Shown piece by piece: positions 54,201 through 64,000 of a DNA stretch of 64,000 nt (positions are counted from its first letter, which is position 1; every line of letters begins with the position of its first letter). Source of the stretch: Balanoglossus misakiensis (taxonomy: Eukaryota > Animalia > Hemichordata); the NCBI GenBank assembly GCA_040954595.2, contig CM082580.2, positions 12,042,909 to 12,106,908 on the forward strand, given 5' to 3'. Made by a program: the position numbers and the translations under genes. The notes under the pieces were generated by a model that was not told where the DNA came from, searched no databases, and worked only from the letters and a program-made list of their open reading frames with translations.

Positions 54201-54954
54201 ACCTGAACTCATGTAATGACCCGATTTTATCTCTACCAGGTCGACCAGGTGGACTTGCCTAACTTTACTTCCATGAGTTGTACGGATTTTACTTTGTTGG
54301 ATAAATTGGTACATACTGAGGAATATCCAGTAGGTAAGTGAGATGTCTTGCACCCCATGACTGTTTCTCTGTAGCTGCAATGCCTCTTTATTGTGTCCTC
54401 TCAACGCTAACCCTATTGTTCTATCTTCAAGTGTCAGGCTGTCATATTTTAGGGAAATTGCATGTGCTGTACTAAAACTTACCCCATATATCTGAATTGC
54501 CTCATATGCTTATGCTTTTGTACTATGTGATATTGACTACAATTTCTGACTTTCAGATGAGATATATAAACTCTGTCCTGTTGATAATGAAGATGAAGCT
54601 ATGGATACTGATGACTACAGTTACTGTAAGTTCCTCTGTCTTCAAAGTGTGTGTGAGATTACGTATAAAGTTTTAATACAACGGTGTAACAGCGTGAAGG
54701 ATTGCTGAAGACATGACACACACCGTGACAGAGCAGAAATACGAAGTCCAGTATTTGTCAATTGTAGCCATTAACTAGGTGATATTTCTTTCTTTCAGCC
54801 ACCGACAAAAGACCAATTGATAGTGAAGATCAGGCTATCGGAATGGAATTCTGTAAGTATTTGTTTTTGAAACCTGTAAATTGTTGTTGAACACCATATT
54901 ATCTTTATTATTACATTCTTGATATCTAATAATTTCTTTTTTCTTTCAACAGAG
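51231..54954 (+). CDS. Uncharacterised ~416-aa protein: basic N-terminus, C2H2 plus Cys/His zinc module, long acidic low-complexity tail
   Basis: Phase-consistent exon chain 51231-51254, 51350-51391, 51733-51895, 52165-52320, 52598-52917, 53177-53320, 53521-53626, 53987-54063, 54240-54333, 54557-54625, 54799-54852, with a stop split T|AG at 54953-54954; 1251 nt in total, all GT-AG. Motifs: CPLCPTSKFKPAWPSKVKKHLKSH and ACHLVECRHKKKDKHAHYHCLCGRTVARKDGFYTHWETC. Confidence 0.7.
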
Positions 54955-55523
54955 ACTTCAGGAATTCCTATAGAAAGGGTATTCAAATAACATCAAGTTC
55001 AACTACACGGAAAAGTTCTCCTCAAGTCGCACTATTGTGTCGTCCATATCCACTTTAGTTAATTAAAGAAAAAAATAATCATCTGCAATATTTTACTTTG
55101 GTAATTGTAATTGTGTTAAAAAAAAGTCTGAATATGTAGCATTTTTGCCAATCAAGTTCCAAATTTGATGTACCTGTTGTGTATAATAGAAACATTTAGA
55201 TTTTAGGCTTTTTAAAGTACAGTAGGATAGTCTTGTAATTGGGTGAAAGAGACTTTTTGGGGAATCACTGGTTGTAGATCCATTGGCTGTTTTTTTTGCC
55301 AATGTATCTAATCATTTACAAGAATACATACATATTTACCAATATTTGTTTTAGGTGATAAGATATGTAGTTCCTCAACTAAAAGAAGGGGGGGATTCAA
55401 TGTATTTACCGTCTATGTATTTACAATGCATTCTTTGGTTCATAAATTTACTAACTGGAGCCAGGGAGAATATTATTTACACAGAGATGTAGCTGATTTG
55501 TTTGTTAATATGTGTAGTATTTT

Positions 55524-55716
55524 CACAGGGAACTCAGTAATTTTGTTATTGTTATTGTTGTATTACTGTATGTAGTAAGACGGTAGTGACATTCGGCGAC
55601 CTAGGTCGTGTTTTCCATGATTATGGTTGGGTTTTTTTTTTACAGTTATCTACAACATCGACAAACATAGCAAGAAATGACACATTGATTTTTTTTTAAA
55701 TTTTATTACCAATCTT

Positions 55717-55752
<36 letters not shown>

Positions 55753-55794
55753 AACAACAACAATAACAATAACACAATTACTGAGTTCCCTGTG
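55524..55794. mobile_element. 271-bp MITE with ~38-bp TIRs and a 7-bp target-site duplication
   Basis: Left CACAGGGAACTCAGTAATTTTGTTATTGTTATTGTTGT; the right end is its reverse complement with one mismatch. GTATTTT flanks both sides (55517-55523 and 55795-55801). Contains an (AAC)n tract at ~55717-55772. Confidence 0.9.
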
Positions 55795-56495
55795 GTATTT
55801 TCCATGAAAATATGCAGACTGAAGCATTTTTTATTTTCTGTTAATTCATTAACAGGAGTAGAAATATGGCTGTGAAATCATGTGTTTACAATCAGATGCC
55901 ATTGCAATACAGAATTCAATATTGTAGTTGTGAATATTTGATATTTTGTGATAATACCCGGTTTCCACATATAATCGAGTAGTGTAATAAAGTTATTTTA
56001 TTATAGTCATGAAAAAAATGGATTGTGTGTGTATCGTTTTCTTTTTCTTCATAAAACGTTCCTTGCTGATCAATCTTTGTATTTGTCTTTTGTGCGTGTG
56101 TGTGTTGGTTACTCCACAGCCTGTCTTATCAGTTGCTAATCCAGAATACAAGCTAATTGAGTTTCCCATTAAGCACCTGCTAATTACTTTGTGTACCGCA
56201 TTGATGGATTAACTGAGTATTGTTGATAAAGTAAACATTCGTATTGGGTATAACAGTTATACGCGTCACGTAACCGAGGAAACAAGCAACTGTGACACAC
56301 ACCACTGAATTTTGTGTTGATGTAGCTTTAGACACACAACCCTGCCACGCAGAGCTGGTAATGTTAATTTTCCATGAAATGTTGAATTTCATTGCTAAAG
56401 TAGGAATAAAGCAGATCCATTTACGTGGCCACTGCCATAGCACTGCGCAAGCAAAGAGCCGGCCGGCAAATTACATGATGTAGTCAGCTGTTCAA

Positions 56496-56636
56496 TCACA
56501 TGATACTAACGATGGTCACATGACGAAATAATCACGAGACCAGCTACTAACTGCAGGGGATTCGGCTCAGCTTGCTTATAGTTCCACCTCCAGAAAGTCA
56601 CTGTTCCATTTGCTGTGTTCACCGTTCGACTTCAGG
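56496..56636 (+). promoter_or_regulatory. Progranulin promoter with CLEAR/M-box-like cluster and non-coding exon 1
   Basis: TCACATGA (56496-56503), GTCACATGAC (56515-56524), TCACGAGA (56532-56539); donor G|GTAAGT at 56636/56637; acceptor immediately before the ATG at 57649. Confidence 0.6.
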
Positions 56637-57648
56637 GTAAGTTGGTCGTCAAAGTCGTGTCTGCTTTGAATGCAGTTTCAGAGAAGAGTTTTTTTTTTTC
56701 CGAATAGTCGTATACTTCTAGTAGCCTAGAACATGTAGAAGGTCGAACGGGGCTCTAGGCCACCCGGAAGTGAAAATTCTACACCTTGAAGTTACCTCAC
56801 ACTGTCTCGCCGTGGAAACTTTTCGTCATTGGTAGTAAACACATGTTTAGATTACACGTAAACTACTGCTCCAGTGTAGTTTCTGTTCAATATTTAATAC
56901 AGATATAGGTATCGCTAGTCATGATGTAGTTGTCTGTACATGTCCTTAACATGATCATGACTGAGGTGACTCGCGACGGTCTCGTGATAAACTGCATTGT
57001 GGCTGCTCCGCCCCCATAGGTGGTAACTCTCCACATACTGACTGGTATAGGGCTAGTACATGTATGTACGGGAAGTGAAGTCGAACAAAGTTGTAGATTT
57101 TTAGTTATGATTGAGTGATCTGGCAACATACAACTCGTGTTGTACAATCTTCAGTAGTTGAACACCTTGTTGTATGGACCAGGTCCATTACTTCTAGTTA
57201 TACCACTTTTACCAGTGATGTTCAATTTTGCAAACAATGTTCTCTTTATAAAAGGAAATGACATGCATACATGATGAATTTATCTGGGCCCATATTAATT
57301 CATAATCCATTGTCGGAACTAGTTGTAGTCATCATAGCTGAAATATTTCTGACCAAATATCATGTTCAGAAGATGATGTAATTTAGTATTTATAGAAGTG
57401 TTGTAACTTTAAGTGAAAGTGAAAATGAACAAATTCTTTGAATTACCGAACAGAGTGTTCAGAGGTGGACTCGAAAACCCAATGAGTAATTCTTACAGAG
57501 AACAGGACACTGTATGCTTACTAAATTATAGCCAAGTTTGATGCAATCACCTCTACTAGTGATTAGTAAATTAGCCTTGCTTGATTGGGTAAAAAAACAT
57601 GCCAGCTAAATAGACTTTTTTACAGTATTTTCTTTCTCATTGACATAG

Positions 57649-60600
57649 ATGATATCCTTCAGCATATGTGTGCTGTTGATAGCACACTGCAGTGCATCTA
57701 CTCTGTATTTTGAACCACTCGGTGTTGAAGCAGTTATTTGTCCTGATGGTAAATCCCAGTGCCCAGACAAAAATACCTGCTGCAAACTTCCCACTGGTGA
57801 TTATGGGTGTTGTCCTTTGCCAAAGGTAGGTGGTTTCTTTACTAATGTGTATCTGAACTCTTCATCTATTATTCATCACAATCGTTCAGATACCAGTAGA
57901 TATATTACATGACGACAGCTAGTGCAAATTATTGTAAACTGCAGAAAATTCAAGTAAAAGTATTAAAAATTCATCGCATAACAATTGCCTGTCTGTAATC
58001 TTCTACAGTCAATTCTACACCAATACAATATGTTTAAAAACACTATTCAGTTACTGTTACTACTGATTTATAACTGTACCTGTTTTCTACCTAGGCTGTC
58101 TGTTGTAGTGATCACCTTCATTGCTGTCCTGAGGGAACAACCTGTGATGTCTCCCACAGCAAATGTCTACAAGGGGAATTGAGCTTGCCCTGGATGGAGA
58201 AAACCACAGCAATTCAACTCGGTGCTGTTATTTGTCCAGACGGCCAATCAAAGTGTCCTGATGGAAGCACTTGCTGCAAATTGACAACTGGGCAATGGGG
58301 ATGTTGTCCATTACCAAAGGTAATTCAGTTTAAAAATGAGAATAGTATTACTGCCACTGACTTACTGTGACTTGTATCTGTTTTGTATAGTTTTGCCAAC
58401 TGTTGTTGTCTGTTGTACCTGTTCTGCAAGTATCCCAAATGTCAACTGTATGGCTGTATGTTCTAAGCACAGGCTTTATCGTATATTTCAGGCTGTCTGT
58501 TGCACTGATCATGTTCACTGTTGTCCCAATGGTACAAAATGTAATCTTTCAAGTGGCTCTTGTGATGATGGCAAATTTAGCATGCCACTCCTGAAGAAGA
58601 CCTCAGCAATCCAAGTTGGTTCGATCCTTTGTCCCGATGGCCAATCACAATGTCCCGAGGAAAGTACATGTTGCAAGTTGTCATCAGGAGCGTGGGGGTG
58701 CTGTCCCTTACCAAAGGTAAATATGTTGTATATCACAGTAAAACCTGTTTCAACGGAACCCTGTCTAATCTGGAAACATGTCTATACTGAACACCTTTGG
58801 CATAGAAGTACATAAACCGGACACCTCTGCAAACCAAACAGTTTCTTCAGTCCCTTTGGTGTTTGGTTGAGACAGGTTTTACTGTAGAAAATCACCCTTA
58901 ATTAAGTGGATTACCTTCAGTCATCGTTATCAAGAAGCTGACATTATCAGCCAAGTTGCCATGGTGAAAGGGGTGTCTCCACAATGCCATATCATACATA
59001 CATGCTAGGAAAATCAATCTTTCAAAAGTCTTGTCAATACATGATTGTAAATTTCTATAACCAGTGATAAGGGTGTACACCCACCTGGTGCAGTCACCTT
59101 TAAGTTGAACACACTACAATCATAAATGGATTTTGATTTTAGTCCAGTGACCCAGCATAGCTCTGGGTCACTTATACTACTTGAGAGTAAAGTCTGTAAA
59201 CAAAAGATACTGCATGACCCCATGATGACCTATGATATCATTCTGACATTTTCTTCCGAGCCCGGTTTATATTGGGTTAGCTCTTTTAAGAATGCATATA
59301 ACCATATTATGTATGGGAATTTTACCTATAGCATAGATAATTGATAGAAAAAAAGTTTCTGCAATGTATGGTTTGATCAAAACTGAAAGTTAATTTTGTT
59401 TCCTGTTGAAATTGTCATCAGGCTGTTTGCTGTAGTGATCATCTGCATTGTTGTCCGCAAGGCACAACTTGTGATGTCAGCCACAGCAAGTGTAACAGAG
59501 GCGATCTCAGTCTGCCATGGGTTGAGAAAACCCCAGCCAGCTTGGTGCCAAAAGTTGGCAATGTCATCTGCCCAGATGGGAAATCACAATGTCCAGACGG
59601 AAACACTTGCTGTGTGCTTCCAACAGGAGAATATGGTTGCTGTCCTTTGCCAAATGTGAGTGTTCAAATATCAATGAATTTCTAATGTTGAAATCTATAT
59701 AATTCAATTTCAGATTGCATCTTGCAATTACGTTTTCCCGTAAAAATCTCAGATCTGTGGTTATATAACATGTGCCTGTATTTGTATTTCCTCCCACAGG
59801 CTGTGTGTTGCAGCGATCACCTCCATTGCTGTCCCAGTGGAACGACTTGTGATGTCTCACACAGTAAATGTAACAGCGGAGATGTATCTTTCCCTTGGCT
59901 AGAGAAGACCCCTGCAGTCAAAGCAGAATCTGTTGTATGTCCAGATGGATCACAATGTCCAGACGGAAGCACTTGCTGTGAGCTTCCAACAGGAGAATAT
60001 GGTTGTTGTCCCTTGCCAAATGTGAGTGTTCAAATATAAATTTCTAATTGTGTTCAAATCCAATACAGATTGCAGCAATTATGTTTTCCCGTACAAATCT
60101 CAGTTCTGTGGTAAAATAACATGTGCCTGTGTTTGTAATTATCTCCATAGGCTGTGTGTTGCAGCGATCATCTTCATTGCTGTCCCAGTGGAACAACCTG
60201 TGATGTAGCCCATAGCAAATGTAACAGCGGAGATGTGTCTTTCCCATGGCTAGAGAAGACCCCAGCAATCAAAGCAGAATCAGTTGTATGTCCAGATGGA
60301 TCACAATGTCCAGACGGAAGCACTTGCTGTGAGCTTCCAACAGGAGAATATGGTTGCTGTCCTTTGCCAAATGTGAGTGTTCAAATATAAATTAATTTCT
60401 AATGTTGAAATCTATATAATTCAATTTCAGATTGCATCTTGCAATTACGTTTTCCCGTAAAAATCTCAGTTCTGTGGTAATATAACATGTGCCTGTATTT
60501 GTATTTCCTCCCACAGGCTGTGTGTTGCAGCGATCACCTCCATTGCTGTCCTGGTGGAACAACCTGTGATGTAGCCCATAGTAAATGTAACAGCGGAGAT

Positions 60601-62526
60601 GTGTCTTTCCCATGGCTGGAGAAGACCCCAGCAATCAAAGTAAATAAAGTTATTCTTTCAGTTGATGATGTGGTCAACACTGTCAATGACATCATCTGCT
60701 CCAAAGGACAGACATGCCCAGATGGCAACACATGTTGTCCAATCGGAGAAGGACTCTTTGGCTGTTGTCCATTTCCAAATGCCACCTGTTGCATTGATCA
60801 ACAACACTGCTGCCCTCAAGGTTTTACCTGTGACCTGGTGCAGACCAAATGCATCATGGGAAATGGGGTGATAATCCCTTTGGTCAAAAAGTTGCCAGTG
60901 AAGGTGAATAATGCTCTCTTCAGATTGTACATGTAATTGTAATGAAAGTCGTACATTGTCAAAGTTCAACCATTTCTGTTTTGCACTACCCACCAGTATG
61001 GCATTTTCTTTGAACATGGCATTTTCCATCCAATGTTTTTGAGAAGAAAATTAACCCAATTAACCCAGGGGGGTCTATTACTAACAATGACTTTTTATTT
61101 TTTCCTTCTACAGACTACTAATGAAAATGTCATATGCCCTGGTGGAAAACAACAGTGCCCATCAGGATATACTTGTTGCCTGTTACAGAGTGGAACCTAT
61201 GGATGTTGCCCCTTACCTAATGTATGTTCATTTTTCAGTTTAGTGTGGTGTTTGAATATGTCACTCCTCCTGAAGTACATTGTACCATGCTCTGTTCAGT
61301 TTTTCAACAAGTACTGTATTAAGTGCATGAATATTCATGAAATGTACTGTAGTGTACATCCTAAAGCTCCATGGGTAACATACAGACTTTCGATGTTCAT
61401 TATTGCAGGCTGTGTGTTGTTCAGATGGACAACACTGCTGTCCAGGTGGCTACAGTTGTGACGTGTCCAGCGGCAAATGTTACAAGGGATCTGTCATAGC
61501 CATCCCATGGGTTGAGAAAGTTCCTTCACTGAGAGCGTTGGTGACCTGCCCTGACGGAAGGACAAAATGCCCGGAATCGAACACATGTTGCGAGTTGGCT
61601 AACAAACAGTGGGCTTGCTGTCCAATTGCGGCTGTAAGATTGAATTCACTTCTAATTCCTAGCATTTGTTCCGTCTTTCTTAAAATCTATAGTGTATAGC
61701 ACAGAGAGCCTGTTGCTCTGTGTGAAGAGTCATGGAAGGTATAGTACCTGATGAAAGGAATGGTGAATAATTTGTCTGGAAGTCCAAAACTTAGACAACA
61801 GCGCCCTCTATAGTTTAACTACCAAGATTTGGTTTCATAAGATTTGATTTCATCCACAGGCTACGTGCTGCGAAGACAAAATACACTGTTGTCCAAATTA
61901 CATGCGATGTGACATACCATCTGGCAAATGTATCAGGAAGTCTTTGACCTTGCCTTGGCTGGAGAAAACGCCTGGTCTGACCAACTATGTCCAGTCTATC
62001 ACTTGTGCTGATGGCTCACAATGTCCAGACGGCTCCACATGTTGCAAACTATCATCTGGTGAATATGGCTGCTGCCCTCTACCATCTGTAAGTGTATTTC
62101 GCTGTTGTTTATTCATTTGAATGTGATAGCCTTGATGTGAACTTTCAAACTGACATATTTTGTCAAAGAACTTTGGAACTTTTATTCAAAGACCAAAAGA
62201 CCAAAAGCAGTGCCTGTTAATAGCAAATCTTGTGGTGATAAAAAATAGCACTCATATCGTTTAATCTTGAGCCAGGTATGACGTATAGCTGCACGTGTAC
62301 AAGTGTTCCTGATGCTATGTACAGTACCAATGACCAGTGAAGACTGTGTCATCAATAATGACATGCCCATGTTTGCCATGTTGACGTCACCCATTTTTCT
62401 GTTTTCATCAACCAGGCCGTCTGCTGTGATGACGGGGTACACTGCTGCCCCAATGGTTACAAATGTAACACACAACAAGGAACCTGTGAGAAAGCAGACT
62501 TTGTTTCCATGGTAACCCTCGTATAG
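57649..62526 (+). CDS. GRN: Progranulin: signal peptide plus 10 twelve-cysteine granulin modules, 11 coding exons
   Basis: Exons 57649-57825, 58095-58319, 58492-58716, 59423-59656, 59800-60021, 60151-60372, 60517-60903, 61113-61221, 61409-61633, 61860-62087, 62416-62526. Repeated CPDGxSQCPDGxTCC...GCCPLP|[17 protein letters not shown]...C pattern. Ends ...[14 protein letters not shown]. Confidence 0.95.
58736..58884. mobile_element. 149-bp Tc1/mariner-pogo-type MITE in a progranulin intron
   Basis: TIR CAGTAAAACCTGTTTCAAC ... GTTGAGACAGGTTTTACTG (19 bp, one mismatch). TA on the right flank, CA on the left (decayed TA). Confidence 0.8.
59584..60640 (+). repeat. Three tandem exon-plus-intron units inside progranulin (periods 366 and 351 bp)
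   Basis: Units start at TCACAATGTCCAGACGGA (59584, 59950, 60301). Both exon and intron sequences are near-identical between units. Confidence 0.9.
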
Positions 62527-64000
62527 ATCTGAGGTTTTTCAGCAGCATGCTGTTGCACAAGATGGATGTCTACTTTCTGTATAAAATGTTTTTGTGGAAG
62601 AAACAGAAAATAATCACGAAATTAATGCCGAGATTTACGTTTTTGATCCAGAACAATTTCTGATACACAAGTTTGCACACAGTGTTACAGGAAATAGTGT
62701 GACTGTTGCTTCTTAGTTTCATTCTCATTTTCAATGTGAGATTCTTGTTTGTATTGACTGATAGAGACTTAATTTGTTTACAGAGTACCAGCTATACAAT
62801 CTCATCAGCCCCTTTTAGCATCAAACTGTGAAACCCTGTAGAATAAATACACTCGGTTTCAGTTTTCACAGACTAGCTTCACAGTGGTGATATTTTCTTA
62901 AATATTGAACAGTTGTCTGGGCATTCAGTTCTGTGTAATGATTTCATGCTCATAATGTGAGTCGCCGTAAACTCTGATTTATACCTTTCTAATGAACACA
63001 CAGAGTACATGAAAAAGAATCTTTTAGCGTACAATGGTGCAATATTTATTAATCAATGTTGACCACCCTTCTATGAAAATTGTATAGTTCGTGCAGTGTT
63101 GGTTTCAATCACCCAGATACCATCTTGTACAGCTAAGCACCACATCACATCTTACCTCCTAACAGTACGAAAAAGTGTTGACGAAGTCCTTGTTCTGGAT
63201 CAAAATCAAAACAATTAGGCTCACTCTGATGTGAATAATAATTTCTCTCGTGTTTTGACTTCATGATTTTGAGTCCAGTATTTGTATATCAGAGGGACCA
63301 TTTTTTTTATACATTAGGAAAATTGTGTGTGATGTAATTGTACTACTTGCACTAAGAAATGTAGACAAGAGCTGGCAGTTGGCAATAACAACCAGCTGCT
63401 TTGCCTTGTCTCGTCTCGTCAAAGGAGCACTCACTTCGATTCTTCTCCATTCCATTATTTGTACTTTTGTCTAATTCCATCATGCACTTTTTGAATTTTT
63501 CCCCTCTTGTTAATTCTTAGTTTTCTATACTCAAGTACTGTCTTTTAGCTATCTTTCTTTCAGAAATAGTCATGAACCCATATCAGTGTCATTTGTAGAG
63601 AAATCCATCGTGTCCTGTACTTTTTTGTTGCTTTTTTATCTTTTTTTTTTGAACAAAAATTAATATAATTACAGCCATTTGTTAGTCAGTTTTGAGCAAT
63701 AAAGACGAATTGAGATACATAATTGCACCAATTCAAAACTTTAAAAAATGACTTTATTTTCATGGGCAATATAGATATTTTACACAGAAATAAATCAGTG
63801 AATCAATCGGTCTGATTTCTGTGGAATATATACAATATTTTAAAATCATATTGGTATTTCAGTCACGGCTGATGTGTTCAACCTCTGTCGCCATCATTTT
63901 GAAAACTTTTTTTTTCTATCTTAAAAATGACTTCAAAGGCTTGGTAACCATGTAAAACATTCAATAACCAATAAGGAAGGGGGTAGGTGTTCCATTTGCT

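Noticed and set aside
55524-55530. CACAGGG terminus resembling the RAG/Transib heptamer CACAGTG
   Set aside because: The TSD is 7 bp rather than 5 bp, and no nonamer-like motif or RAG-like ORF is present.
59584-60640. Regularly spaced repeats superficially like a CRISPR array or satellite
   Set aside because: The units are granulin exons plus introns of ~350 bp with no unique spacers, in a eukaryotic gene.
62190-62330. Possible decayed granulin exon ([14 protein letters not shown]) in the last progranulin intron
   Set aside because: Only a faint linker-like resemblance; the cysteine pattern is not recoverable.

Overview
AT-rich, intron-dense animal genomic DNA, not prokaryotic. It is most likely an invertebrate deuterostome (hemichordate/echinoderm/amphioxus-like); this is an inference from gene content and intron style. 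Most of the ORF track is exon fragments or noise, so gene models were built by hand from GT-AG boundaries and reading phase. Eight genes, in order: (1) a 5'-incomplete polycystin-1-family gene with PKD1L1-specific motifs (+, 1978-24081); (2) intronless KAT5/Tip60 (-); (3) an arylsulfatase A-like gene (+), head-to-head with KAT5; (4) an OLAH-like type II thioesterase (-) with a frameshift in exon 3; (5,6) two tandem carnitine O-octanoyltransferase (CROT) paralogs (+); (7) an unnamed 12-exon gene with an N-terminal Cys/His zinc module resembling KDZ/HMGXB3-type transposon proteins (+); (8) progranulin with 10 granulin modules (+). Two complete MITEs, microsatellites and MiT/TFE (CLEAR-like) boxes at the two lysosomal gene promoters are also visible. 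Best leads: a PKD1L1 with at least 13 PKD repeats and an intact HL|T autoproteolysis site; a thioesterase-CROT-CROT neighbourhood with divergent peroxisomal signals; the probable transposon-derived zinc gene; and a catalytic His-to-Asp change in the sulfatase. Family assignments rest on remembered motifs; no database search was run.
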